This document shows positions 1 to 12,454 of a stretch of 64,000 nt of DNA, piece after piece. The notes below the pieces were generated by a model. The model had not been told where the DNA came from. It ran no database searches and saw only the letters and a program-made list of their open reading frames with translations. Position numbers and translations under genes: made by a program. Source of the stretch: Camelus dromedarius (lineage: Eukaryota); contig NC_087436.1 of assembly GCF_036321535.1 (NCBI RefSeq), forward strand, positions 23,128,001 through 23,192,000, in the 5' to 3' direction. The first letter of the stretch is position 1. Every line of letters begins with the position of its first letter.

Positions 1-699
1 ATAGGAGATGGAAACATTTAACGCTCATACTTAGTTCTTCATACCTTCCCCTCAAACATAAGAATGTAGGTTCACATTCCCGTGGATTGTAGTCATTCCT
101 CTGAGAGATCATCAGAAAACTGTGTATCTGGCTACTGGGAAGAGAGCAAAGAGGTAAAGTGGATAGCAGAGTTGGAGGTACCGAGTGTGGCTTTGGGAGT
201 CAGGGGCATCAGCCAAGGGCAGGCAGGTCCCTCCCCTGAAACCCTGAGGTTTATCCTAACCTAACACACCGGTGACTTCTACCCAACCTCTTCCAGGGAT
301 CCTGGACCAGTAGCATCAGGAGACACCGAAGGAAGGAGCGAGAAAAAGAAAGAGACGGAGGTACAGGCAAGGGATGTTGAATATGTTTGGCACTGAGAGA
401 TTATCAGGGAGAATCAGAAGAGGAGGTTTTGTTTTCACGTTTCTCTAATTAATTTCCCAGAAATAAGCCATACCTGATCTGCTAAGACAGAAAATGACTG
501 AAGGAGAGCACAATGTAGAACACCGAGCCCAGCCCTCGGTCCAGAGAAAACGATCAACAAATGCTGATTGCTCTTCGCTGTTAACCTGCAAAGGAAAAGC
601 TCTGAAACTTCTAAGAGATGCTGATGGCCGGGCTGCAATGCTATGCCCTCCCCTGATGAAGTGTCCATGACCTTGGGAGTAACCTTGTATAAAGCCCTC

Positions 700-1215
700 C
701 CGTGTTTTCCCAGTGCCTTGGGGTAAAGTCCGTACCCTTACAGCGCTCTCAGAGCCGGCCCACGCCTACTCCCCCAGCCTCCTGGTGGCCTCTCTCCCTC
801 TTGGGCTGCAGGCTCAAGAACTTGAAGAAGTTGTTTTAGGCCCTCCAATGCTCCTCGATTCTTATTTCTGCACCTTCAACTGACTGTTCCCTCCTCTAGG
901 ACACTCAAACCTCTCCACCACTCCCTCCCTCTTTCATCTGACTTCACCACCACTCAGCTTCTAGCGTTTGACTTTAAACAATTGTTCACAAGTCCCTCTT
1001 AACCTTTCTTTAGAATCAGCCCCTTTACCATATGCTCAGACAGCATCCCTATTTTCCTTATCATTGTATCATCTTAATGCTTCCTTCATTGTCTGTCTCC
1101 CTCATTAGATGCAAATGCCTTGAAGGCAGGCATCACATGCAAGTTTACCACCACTAGGTCCCCATGCTGAGATTGACACACGGCTAGTGTTGGATACATA
1201 TTTACTGAAATAAAA
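700..1215 (+). mobile_element. L2 LINE 3' fragment (degenerate)
   Basis: L2-like 3' motifs (tgtctgtctccc..tagatg..ccttgaaggcaggg..atatttactgaaataaa); boundaries approximate. Confidence 0.6.
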
Positions 1216-1770
1216 CACTGTGATCAGCAGAAAGGTAACATGGTGGGCCACTCTTTGTTCACGGAGCTATCAATTCCCATGAGTTTAGCTTCATTGCTAG
1301 CCACATTGTTTACTGTTGATTATCTAATTAACTTATGTCTTTTTAATTAAACAGTTGCATCAACATTTTTTTTGGCTTATAACTTTCCAGTAATTATACT
1401 TTAAGGTAGATATACACGGCATTTCAAATTGAAATGATTCTACGCCTTTTGTAAATACAAATGGATAGAGAATACTTCCAACTCCCTTTCCCCTCTCAAT
1501 TGCTTTAATAATATTTCAGTGCTATTGCTGAAATAACTGAATTCTTTTACCAGTAGGAGTTGAAGAGGGTGATGCAGGTGGGCCAAACGGTCTCTTGCAC
1601 TTTCTAAATAGACCTAAGTCAAAAAATCTTCAAAGTGACACACACACACTCTCACATACACACTGATAATATCCAGCACATAGAATGCACCATGTAAGTA
1701 TTATTTTTATTATTGATATTATTTAGCACAAACTTTTTTAATTTGAAAAAAAAAACCAATAACACCTCTC

Positions 1771-2268
1771 TGTGAAGGTTGAATAATGACAATGATCCCT
1801 GAAGCCTGTGAATATTATCTCACATAGAAAGGGATTTTTGTAGATGTGATTAAATTAAGGGTCTTGTGAGGGGGAGACCATCCTGGAACATTCAGGGAGA
1901 CCATAAATGCATCACAAGTGTCCTTCTGAGAGGGAGGCAGAGGAAAATTTGACACTGAAGAGGATGAAGGAGATGTGATGACAGTGGAAGCAAGGGAGAT
2001 TTGAAGACATTAAATTGCTGGCTTTAAAGAGAGAGGAAGGGGCCTTGGAACAAGAAATGCCATCAGCCCCCTGAAGCTGAAGAAGACGAGGAAACATTTT
2101 CTCCCCTAGAAACTCCAGAGGGAGCACAGCCCTGTGATGCCTTCACTTCAGCACAGGGAAACCAATTTGGAACTTCTGGCCTCCAGAGCTGTGAGAGAAT
2201 AAACATGTGATGTGTTAAGCCACCAACTTTGCGGTAATTTGTTACGGCAGCCCTAAGAAACAAATCCA
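1771..2268 (+). mobile_element. MaLR solo LTR, MLT1 family (MLT1C/D-like)
   Basis: TG...CA ends; gatgtgattaaattaagg and acttctggcctccagagctgtgagagaataaa...ttgttacggcagccctaagaaac are typical MLT1 motifs. Confidence 0.85.
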
Positions 2269-2619
2269 TGTTATTTTCTTTCTTTAAATGAAATCTTTTC
2301 CCAAGGTTGAACTGTATTTTATTATATCTTACCAGTAAACAACCATCAAACTTTTAAAAACTAATGGAAGCAAGATTGAGCTGCAAAAAGAGAATTCAGA
2401 ATAGGTCTCAAATTGGAAAAACGTCTACTCCTTTCTTTTTCTCTATGAAAACTAGAAATATTGGGGGAGAAAGCCTCAAATTATAGAAAGTGCTCTTTGG
2501 AGGGAACAAAGCAATTTCTTACTTGAAGAGGCATGTCCTTGTGTTTCTAAGACGAGTTTACACACTGTAGAGGAATTTAACAGACTACGTTACCAGTGCT
2601 GCATTTTCTTACTTTATTA

Positions 2620-2975
2620 CATTTTAAATTTTAGCTTTATTGAGGTATAACTGACATATAAAACTGTAAAATAGCCAAAGTGTACATTGTGGAGACTTGA
2701 TATATGTACACATTGTGAGAGGATCCCTCCATTCAGTTAATTAACATAGCCATACCACACATATTTAATATTTTTTTTTTCGGTGAGAATATTTAAGTTC
2801 TACTCTCTTAGCGCATTTCAGTTATACAGTACAGTTTTGTCAGCTCTAGTCACCATGCTTTATATTAGATTCTCAGACCTTATTCACCAGATTGTTGAAA
2901 GTTTGTACCTTTTGCCGACTTCTCCCTGTCTCCCACACTCCTCAGTTCCTGGCAACCATTTTTCTATTTTCTCAT
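2620..2975 (-). mobile_element. L1 3' end fragment (L1MA-like)
   Basis: Reverse-complement L1 3' UTR (tttattgaggtataactgaca...aagttctactctcttagc...cctggcaacca). Confidence 0.8.
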
Positions 2976-4166
2976 ATACTTTTATTTCAATATAAATGAA
3001 AATTGTATACACTTAATATCTTTAAAGTACTCTTGCATCCTATTACATAATTTGGACCTCACAGCACTAGACAGAGTAAATAGTGCACCCATGCTACAGA
3101 TGAGGAACCCATTTTTACCAAAAGGAAAAAAGTGATGTGACTTGCATCAGGGAGCCAGCCAGGAGTGTGGCTGGAAGTCTGCTTCTGCTGAAACACTCAA
3201 GAAGGACATGCCCAGAAGACGCACGTGTGGCTCCTGCCTGGGGAGGAAGAGCACCTATCCTTAGGACTTAAGAGTGCCTGACGGGGAGCAGGGTGGCCGG
3301 AGGCAGATTTTCACTTCCACATTCTGCAGGGTGATGCAAATAAGGGGAAGCCTGCAGAGCGGGCATAAAATAAAATACAGATGTTCTGCTGGCCAGAGAG
3401 CCACCCCTCTCCTAGGGCCCCGCCTCCCATATCTGCACCCCAGCTTAAAGCAGAACCGAAGGGTGGCTTTTCTGTGTCTTGAGAAAAGATAGAGAACTAA
3501 CCTTGACTGGCTGCAGCCTGTGTGCTGGCAGTTGGCATGAGTTTTTTGACTTTGTTCTCGAGGACCATGTTTCATCACAGCAGCTGTTTGAAAATTCAGC
3601 TCAGGAACCTCAAATACTGGGTTTGGTAGCCAATAGCATAGTAGAGAAGTATAACACTGTGGCATCTCTTTTGAGAGAAGAAAACGGGAGTAAAGTGTCA
3701 AACTGCTGCAGAGAAGTGAAAAATGATGATGGGGGAAATGTTTGGAGTGTATCGTAAACCAGAGAGCCCTGTAGTCCAGCTGTAGTATGGTGCAGTGTTT
3801 AGTGGGTTAAGCATGTGGGTGTCATGGTCAGAAAGTCTGAGTCCAGCTAGATCTTCATTCATCCTCTCAGTATCTACTGGGTACCTACCATGTGCTGGTC
3901 TCTGCATGCGTGGTGTTTACATTCAGGTGGAGAAAGACAGACAACAAACAGACGAACAAGCAGACCTGTAACAAGTGCTACTGATTCATTCATCCTCCCA
4001 GTAGACACTGCAGTCCTCTGTTCCAGTTCTTGTTCTAGGAGACAAGGTCGGAAAGGTGATGGTGTGCAGAGAGGGCAGGGGCTGCTAGCCCCCTGGGAGG
4101 GCTCGGCTCATACAGAGTGAGAGAGGAGCCTATTTGTGGGTTTGGAGCAGAGGAGTGACATGATCT

Positions 4167-4696
4167 TGCAAGGAGGTCAAGAAATCAAAGCAAGGATGTA
4201 TTAAGAGATAGTATGCTTTCAAGGGGAGAACACGCAGACTCAGGTGAGTAGCTGAACTGAGTTTCTTTGGCAAGCTGGTTATATGAGGGTGTAAAAATGA
4301 ATGGGCAGAATATCCACTGGGGAGAGAGGGGTTTGAGGTTTTATTTCCAGATTTTCATCCCAGCTCCACTTTCCCAAGGGAAGAAGGGATTTTAGTCCTT
4401 GGTCTTGATTGGAAATGTCATGGCATCTTATCTGCAAGACTAATTTTATTGTAATGAGGGCATAATGAGCAAAAGGTTACATTCAGATGCTAGAGATCCC
4501 TGCCTCTTCCCACCTTTCTTTGTCTGCCTCCAGGATCCTTATCATCCCAAAATGTGTGGCTTCTTATCAGTCTGGATTTTCCTTCCTTTCTTTGTCTGCC
4601 CAAGGACCCCCATTGTTTACAAGATATACAGTTTCCTGCCATTTGGCCTGTGCCCCTCTTTCTCTACTTATATCTAGCCATCTGCCTGCTCTAACA
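4167..4696 (-). mobile_element. ERV1-class solo LTR inserted into an L2 fragment
   Basis: TG...CA termini with perfect 4-bp TSD ATCT (4163-4166 / 4697-4700); flanks rejoin into L2-like gagcagaggagtgacatgatct|...aatcactttggctactg; internal direct repeat cctttctttgtctgcc. Confidence 0.8.
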
Positions 4697-5100
4697 ATCT
4701 AGTATTTTAAGAGAATCACTTTGGCTACTGTTCTTTAAGACACGAGTACATGCTGGTCCTTCGGCTTGGATTCCTCCTCGCTCATGGATCTCTGCCTCCC
4801 TTCACCCAGGTCTCAGTTCAGATATCACCTTCTCAGTCAGGTCTTCTTTACCTCTCCCACCCAGAATGGCATTCCCAATGCTTGCCAGTTTTTGTCTCCA
4901 ATATCTTACCTTATGTTTCCTTTGAGCAATCATTTTTTTAACAGGGCCTCTGCCCCCAACTCCAGGCTGTGACAGCCAGTTGCCAGCTTAACATCTCCAC
5001 TTTGGCTGTCTATCAGCCTCCTCAAACCCCCTGGAGTTCCACCCCAAAGGGAGCTCAGATCCCCCTCCTGCCTCCCTCCAATCTGCTAGTTAAGCAGAGC

Positions 5101-5637
5101 TGTAAGCAGATGGGGTAGAGGGTCCCTGGAGAAGGAGAACCAGGCATGGCTTTCTAGACTAAGCCATTTTGTGATCTAATCCTGGCCACAGAGTTTGCCC
5201 TTCGAACAGGTCTCAGTAATTAATGATCTTGAGGGAACAAAAGAATGCATAAACAAAGGATTGTTACCAGGCCGAAGAAGTAACAATAGCAAAGATAAGA
5301 TATCAGGGATAAGGACTCCCAGTTCTGTTTCAATCCACCAGGTCGGCTGGAACCCACTGAGATGAAAATATTGGCCTTTTCTGACCTTCACGACTTCAGT
5401 CAACTAAAGCTTGGACTCTGTGGACCACCCAAGCCCCTTCATGAATATGCATGTACCCTTAGCCCAAAACTTCCCTATTTTGCTCTTGGGAGACACTTCT
5501 CCCACTTCCCCAAAAAGATCCCTGGTGTTCTTTCTACTTGCTGCAAGTAGTAAATCCTTCCTTCTCCCGATCTTTGGCTTGTCTGTGTCTTTTGGCTTGA
5601 TACCCACCAAGAGACCAACCCAGTTTTTTGGGTAACA
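5101..5637 (+). mobile_element. ERV1-class solo LTR
   Basis: TGTAA...TAACA termini, near-TSD GAGC/AAGC, U3-R-U5-like layout with AGTAAA poly(A)-type signal ~5548. Confidence 0.8.
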
Positions 5638-6050
5638 AAGCTATGTGGGGAAAATGCATTTCATTCCACACATCAAATACAATTTAAGACCTCCAATGTG
5701 ATATTTTGGTTTCATTCTGCTACAAAAAGTATAAGCAGGAAGAACAGAAAAGGTTGAGGAAAGGAGAAAGGTAAAAGCAAAGAGAAAGTGAATTTCTATT
5801 AAGTCCTACCCAACATTTGAGTCAATCATTTAGAGAATCAGATGATATGCTAATGATTGTAATTCAGCCAGGGTCTATCACACACCATCTTTTGTGCTTC
5901 AGGGTGAGCCAGGTTTGTCCTTTGCCAGGAGAGTCTGACCACTGCTCTCCCAACATTCAGTAGAAAGGAAAGCTGAAAACCTGGGAGGAATGAGAACAAA
6001 TCAAGGGCACATGAAGGTCAGGAAAAGCTGAATGCCAACAACACCCTGAA

Positions 6051-6786
6051 TGTCAAGGATAAACAAAGTTGGCGTCTAGTTGGAGCGGCGAGGAGAGATT
6101 TTACTCAGCAGTAACTACTAAGAGCCCCGTGCAAGCTGAACTCAACTCGGCTGCAACGAAAGGCAGGGGCGTGCTCAGGAAGGGCTCTGGGGGCCAGGAA
6201 GGGGGCTGGCGCACGTGACTAGGCCACCTGGGGTCGCCCACTGGTGCCTGTGCAGAGGAGAAGCAAGCCTCCCCGGGAGTGATAGCGGTCAGGGAGGTGC
6301 CTGCCCACCAGGCTGAGCGCTGAGAGGGACCTTATTTCCTTGAACGTTTGCATTTCAGAGACTGCTCTTGGGTCCTTGAAAAGACAGTCGTGAGGGGCAG
6401 AAGATTGATGTCTCAGAGGGGCAGAGAAACCATTTATAACTGTGAGCTTTCTAAAGTAACTGCTCTGTGAGACGGTTCTGCAGCCCGTCTGCCCGTGATC
6501 GACCAGTTTCAGCTGAACAGACCGTAAATTCTCCTGGCAGCACGGAGCCCTCTCAAGCAGGCATTTTGAGGAGGAGCTAGAGTGCTCCTAAGCAAGTGGC
6601 CTTGAACAGTTGGAAACTATGCCGGTGTCGGTTCAAGTCTCACAGAGCATGTGTGTCAGGGGGTGGGGGGGAGGTGTGGGCTGGGGTTTGGGGGTGAAGT
6701 CTGCAGTGTCTATAGACCGAGTGTGAGGCTTTGTCCAGAATCTGGCCCAGAGGAGCCTGACTGGAGCTTGAGCACAGTCTGTGTTG
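6051..6786 (-). mobile_element. ERV1 solo LTR, MER31/MER67-like
   Basis: Minus strand reads agtcaggctcctctg near its 5' end; plus strand begins tgtcaaggataaacaaag, resembling MER31-group ends; possible TSD TGAA/TGAC. Confidence 0.65.
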
Positions 6787-8049
6787 TGACCCAACCACGG
6801 GAAGTTCCCAAAGGCTTTGCCTCTATCTCCTTAAGCCTATGGTTTTATTCAGCGGTCTTGTGAGGAAGGCATAAACAGACATTAAGTAGAAGAAAGGATT
6901 TCATCAAAAAGGAAAAATGAGAACTGGGATGAAGAAGAACTAGGAAAGACATCTAAGTAACTCTCATTCTGGGGTGAACATGAATTGAGTCGCTGGCTTC
7001 TTTTTGCAACCTTTTCAGGTCTGAGACTCCCTGGCAGCTCTTTTGATCCTTCTAGTCATTCTACAAGTGTACAGAGTGTTTTTCAGAAGATAGGGTGGCT
7101 CCAGTGCCCTCAAGTTGACCCAAACTGATCCAGGGACCTGGTGGATCTACCTGGATGTTCAGCAATGCTTCTCCTAGATAGCTTCAGTTCCTTCTGTTCC
7201 TGCTTCCTTCTCACAGCTTAGAGGCCTCAGTGACTCTCAAATTCCTTCCATGAGCTCAAAGAAGACAGTGGCACTGCCCAGGCGGAGGCACCAGAAGCCA
7301 GGGCAGAATGCAGAAGGAAGGAGCAAGAGCCCAGTCAAAACAAACTCTGGGTAAAGAAAGCAAGGGAAAAGGAACAGGCAGCTGGGAAAATGGAGCAGCT
7401 GTGTTAGAGGAGGAGGCATCTGAGCTGCAGCAGAGCCCGGAGGCTGGGAAGGAGTCTTCTCAAGGTGCCTAGTGTGTTCTTAAAGTAGTCACGAGGAAAC
7501 CCAGATGAAAACTCAAAGAGCTATTTGAAGAAAAAGCAGGGTATTTTCCAGTAAACCTTCTGAGTAACACAGTTTAGTCTTGCATGGATAATTTTTTTGA
7601 CTCTGGGTACAGATTCCAGTTTTCACCCTCACTAAAAGATGCACAATGTCAACATGAACCAGTCTAGCCCCTCCTGGATCAGACTGTTTCCCAAAGTGAG
7701 TTCCGGGTGAGTTGGATGCATCCAGGTACTGCAGAATTGTAAAAGGTTCGTGTGCACTGCAAATCACTAGGTCCAAGGTGGACATGGTCTGCCCTTTTTC
7801 CCAAACTCTTTCCGACTAAGAACTAAGTGCTAAGTACACAGAGTTACTATTCCAAGTATCACCTCCGGAGAAAGTTGTCATCCATATGCAGATATGGTCC
7901 CATGTTGTCACCTTGTATTTTATTTCCTTCTTTCATTGAAGGCAAGGTGGAGAAATAGCCCCCCGAGAAAAAGATTATAAAACATATTGAGAAACTTTCT
8001 GAGAAAAAAAATGTAAAGTGTTTTCGTCAATAAATTATCTCTTACGTAT

Positions 8050-8880
8050 TAACACAAGATACAGGTTTAGTTGCTGTAACTGAAGACTGACTAACAGTAA
8101 AATAGGAGTTTATTTCTCTCTCATGTGATAGTTAGAGCTGGCCAGGCTCTCCGTTGCTCAGTTGACTCTAGAACATCATTCACTTGTTGTCTAAGGTGGA
8201 CACTGTGTCCACATCCCAGAGAGCAGGTTGGAGGAAAGGGGTTTAAGGACATGTTCGAGAAGCAGGACACACGATTTCTCCCAACATCCCTCTGGCCAGT
8301 ACTTGGCCTCTTGGAGGTTCTATTGCTGTGGAATAAGCGAATACATCATTACCTGTTGCTGTGGAATAGGCTACCCCAACTCTCTGTGGGTTAAAACATA
8401 ACACTTTTTATTATGACTCACAACTCTGTGAATTGAACGGGTGGCTCTCCCGCTGATCTGCGTGCAGTTGCAGTCGGGTGACATATGCAGCCATAATGTC
8501 CAAGATGGCTCTCGCATCTGCGGCACCTTGGCAGGGACAGCTGGACGACTGGCTTCAGCTAGCATGCTGGACGACTGGCTTCAGCTAGCATGCGGGGACA
8601 GCTGACCTTTCTATCTGCATGCAGAGTCAAGCTCGCTCCCTTTCTACAAGGTCTTTCCATGGGGTCTCTCCAGCAGGGTAGCCAGACTTCTGCAGTGGCC
8701 TCTCAGGGCTCCCCAAAGTGCAAAACTTTAAGTGCCAGACCTTCCAGGGCTTCAGCCTAGAACTAAGTGTGACTTAGTCACATTCTATAGGTCACAGGAA
8801 GTTATGGGCCCACATTCAAGGAGAGAAGACTGATAAGGGCGTGGTTCCTGGGAGACAGGGTTCATCAGAGGCCACCTCTG
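8050..8880 (-). mobile_element. Old MLT1-type LTR fragments
   Basis: Motifs such as ttttattatgactcacaactctgtg, tccaagatggctc, ggtctctccagcagggtagccagacttc resemble reverse MLT1; boundaries uncertain. Confidence 0.55.
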
Positions 8881-8895
8881 GAACTGATGATGGGA

Positions 8896-9297
8896 TGTAT
8901 TTGTTTACTAGGGCTATATAACAAAGTACCCCAAAGCACGCGGGTTAGCACCAAGAACTGACTGTCTCCCAGCTCTCGGGGCTAGAAGTCCGAAACCAAG
9001 CGGGCTTGGTTCTGTCTAAGGGTGACAAAGAATCTGCTCCAGGCCTCTCTCCTTGTACTCAGCTGTCTTCTCCCTGTGTCTCTTCACGCCCTCCTCTCCA
9101 GACACACATCTCTATGTCCAAAATTTCTCCTTTTTATAAGGACACCAGTTGTGTGGAATTAGAGCCGCTCTAATGCCTTCACTTTAACTTGCTTTTCTTG
9201 GTAAAGATCCTATCTGTAAGCGTGGTCACATTCTGAGGTACCGAGGGTTAGGATGCCCACAGATGAATTCTGGGGAGACACAATTCAACCCATAACA
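8896..9297 (-). mobile_element. MaLR solo LTR (MLT1A/B/C-like)
   Basis: tgtatt...ctagggct...ataacaaagtac...gctagaagtccgaaa...ttataaggacaccagt...acacaattcaacccataaca. Confidence 0.85.
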
Positions 9298-9856
9298 CTA
9301 AGGAAAAGCTAACGGTCTCTGCCCTACTCTGTAATACATTCATATTCTGCCTCCTTAGAAATATGCTGATAATCATTTTCCACTTGCACTGCTGTATTCT
9401 TTCTTGAAAAAAAAAGACATTTTTAATGTCTCCTATTTTTTGTCAATATCTTATTATAGATCAAGATTGTCATTGGCAACATAAAGTCAATGTCACAAAA
9501 AAAAAAAAAAAACAGGGATATTCAGTCCTTACTTTGTTCTGTCTTTTCTGTTGAAGAGGCTCACCTTCAGTTTGGAAAAGAGTAAGAGAACATTTTAATT
9601 TAAAAGCAAGAAAACAAAGAGTGAGACAATTTAAGAGAAAACCTCTAAATCAATCTCATGGCCCAGAGGGATTAAGTTTACTCACTCTGAGAGAAAACGT
9701 GCAGAATAAATCATTCTGTTGCTATAGTTACCTGATTCTATCAGGTCCACTTGCGCCTCTCATGGCGAGTGTTACATCGACTCCAACATAAATCCAATTC
9801 CCAAAGTGAAGGTGGACACTGCTTTTGAAAGCAAATTAGCAATAATCTGTTCAGCT

Positions 9857-10906
9857 GGGTACCATCCCATTCCTGTCAGAATGGCTATCATCAAAAAGTC
9901 TGCAAACAACAAATGTCGGAGAGGATGTGGAGGAAAGGGAATCCTCGTACATTGTTGGTGGAAATGTAAATTGGTGCAGCCACTGTGGAAAATAGCATGG
10001 AGCCTCCTCAAAAAACTAAAAATAGAACTACCATATGCTCCTTCAATTCCACTCCTGGATATTTATCCAGAAAAAATGAAAACAGTAATTAGAAAAGATA
10101 TATGCTCTCCAGTGTTCATAGCAGCAGTCCCCTTTTACAATTGCCAAGATATGGAATCAACCCAAGTGTCCATCAACTAGGATTTCAAAATTAGTAGATA
10201 CTGACAGGCATATGCAGAATAGATAAACAAGATTATACTGTATAGCACAGGGAAACATATACAAGATCTTGTGGTAACTCACAGGGAAAAAAATGTGACA
10301 ATGAATACATGTACGTTCATGTATAACTGAAAAATTGTGCTCTACAGTGGAATTTGACACAACATTGTAAAATGACTAGAACTCAATAAAAAAAGTTACA
10401 AAAATAAAGCTATTAAAAAGCCAAAAAAAAAAAAAAACCCAAGTGTCCATCAACAGACCAACAGATAAAGAAGATGCAGAATTTATATATAATGGAATAT
10501 TGGCCATAAAAGAATGAATTTCTGTCATTTGCAGCAATGTGCATGGACCTAGAGAATATTATGCTCAGTGAAATAAGTCAGACAAAAAAAGACAAACACT
10601 GTATGCTATTACTTACACATGAAGCATAAAAAATAGTACAAACAGAACAAGACAAGACACAGATACAGAGAACTAACTAGTCTTACCAGTAGAGGCAGGG
10701 TTGGGGGGCAAGTTAGGGGTATGGGATTAAGAGACCCAAACTACTATGTATAAAATAGATAAGCAACAAGGATATATTGTACAGCACAGGGAATTACAGC
10801 TATTATTTTATAATAACTCTTAATGGAGGATAATCTGTAAAAATACTGAATCACTATGCTATATACCTGAAACAAACATAATATTGTAAGTCAACTTCAA
10901 TTAATA
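9857..10906 (+). mobile_element. 5'-truncated L1 (ORF2 C-terminus + 3' UTR) with 13-bp TSD
   Basis: ORF 9806-10180 carries L1 ORF2 C-terminal motifs ([20 protein letters not shown]); TSD AATCTGTTCAGCT at 9844-9856 and 10907-10919. Confidence 0.92.
10178..10435 (+). mobile_element. Young L1 3' end nested within the older L1, 19-bp TSD
   Basis: Perfect TSD AACCCAAGTGTCCATCAAC at 10159-10177 and 10436-10454; L1 3' UTR ending in poly(A). Confidence 0.92.
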
Positions 10907-11614
10907 AATCTGTTCAGCTACAGTATATTTTCATAACATGCATTAGCTCTTACATGGCTGATAGGTAGGGCAATGATGTCAGTGTGATGAGGGAGTTATG
11001 TTGGGTCATGCAGTTTCTCCCTGGCAAGGAAAGCCGGAAGAGTAGAAACAGACTTAATAACAAAATCGGTGCCGGCATCCTCCCCTCTTCCTGGAGAGGT
11101 GCTTCCCCATCTTTGCCCAGGTCTGGGCTTGTGACAGGTTGCACTTCCTGTGTCCACCCTAAAGGCAGCCCCGCCGGCTCAGGGCTTCACTTCCGGCTGT
11201 ATCAGGCTAGTGCTTATAATCCAGCATTTCCAGTGCAGTATTGCGGTGCATTTTTAGTATCTCCTTTGGGCAGCCTCCAGCCTTGATGAGGCCACCAGGA
11301 AGATCATTCTATGCAGCCAGGCCAAATCTACATCACAATGGGTTGAAGGTCAGGCCTGGAGCAGGGGTAGCTGAGGAAAAGAAAGTTATTGTTTTTGTTA
11401 GTGCTCTGGTTACAAAGCTGCTTAGATTTTGAGCGGTCTGATCTAGCTGCTTTTTTCCCATAGGTGCTATTATTTTGGAAAAATTATTTCCCAGAAAATA
11501 AGATTTTTCAGGAATACCTATATCTACTACTGTACACAAAAGTGGCAATTCTACTAAAACTGTAATTGTACGTAACCAGTATGTCTACTTTTCAGAAGCT
11601 ATCTTTAAAAAGTA

Positions 11615-11674
11615 TACCAGAGATTGACACAACATTGGAAACTGACTATACTTCAAGGAAATTTTAAAAATTGT
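11615..11674 (+). mobile_element. Ultra-short (~60 bp) L1 3' tail
   Basis: attgacacaacattggaaactgactatacttcaa matches the L1 terminus seen near 10355; flanked by TTTAAAAAGTA at 11604-11614 and 11675-11685. Confidence 0.75.
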
Positions 11675-11859
11675 TTTAAAAAGTACTCATATGTAGGCCT
11701 CCCTCGCCACAGCCAACCATGTTCCATGTCCTCCTGCAGGGGGTGCTTTGCTGCATCCTGAGGCTGCCACCTGCTCCCATCATAAGGGAGGAAGAAATCT
11801 TTCAAAATGGCTCTGGCACTTGCGAAGCTGGCTTTGCTGGGAATGACCCCACCCCTCTG

Positions 11860-12440
11860 GCCCTGGGCTATATTAAAAAAGAAAAACACTCATGTGTATA
11901 TACAGGAGACATGTATACAAAGATGGTCACTGCAGCATTGTTTGAAAGAGTATAAAGTTGGGGCGAGAGGCCCTAAAGGTCCAGCTCCCACTGAGAAAGT
12001 GCTTTAATAAAATACAATATATCTATATTATGGAATATTATGCAACAATTTTAAAAAATGCAGCCATAACATAGGTAGACCTAGAAGGATCTCTGAGATG
12101 CACTGTAGAGTACAACGAAACATAAAACAAAATCAAAGCACACATGCAGAGTATTATGTATTTTCTACAATTACATATGTACATATGTGTAAGTGTGCAG
12201 GTATACGTGTGTGTATAACACGTGTGTGTGCCTAGGTGCACATGTATACACACATACACGGATGTACACACAAATACATAGGAGACAAAAGATCTGGCTT
12301 ATCTCTAAGGAGAAAAAGAATCCAAATTTGAAGATGGGGAGTTGTTCAGGAATGCTTTTGTTTGTTTATAATTAATTGTTTTTAGCAAGGAGATAATATT
12401 CATTTGTATATGTTTAATAAAAATCCAGTGTAAAAAAGGA
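11860..12440 (+). mobile_element. Old L1 (L1MC/ME-like) 3' fragment with degenerate TG/CA repeat
   Basis: atgtatacaaagatggtcactgcagcattgtttg and tggaatattatgcaacaatt are old L1 motifs. Confidence 0.6.
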
Positions 12441-12454
12441 AGAGAAGAAACATA

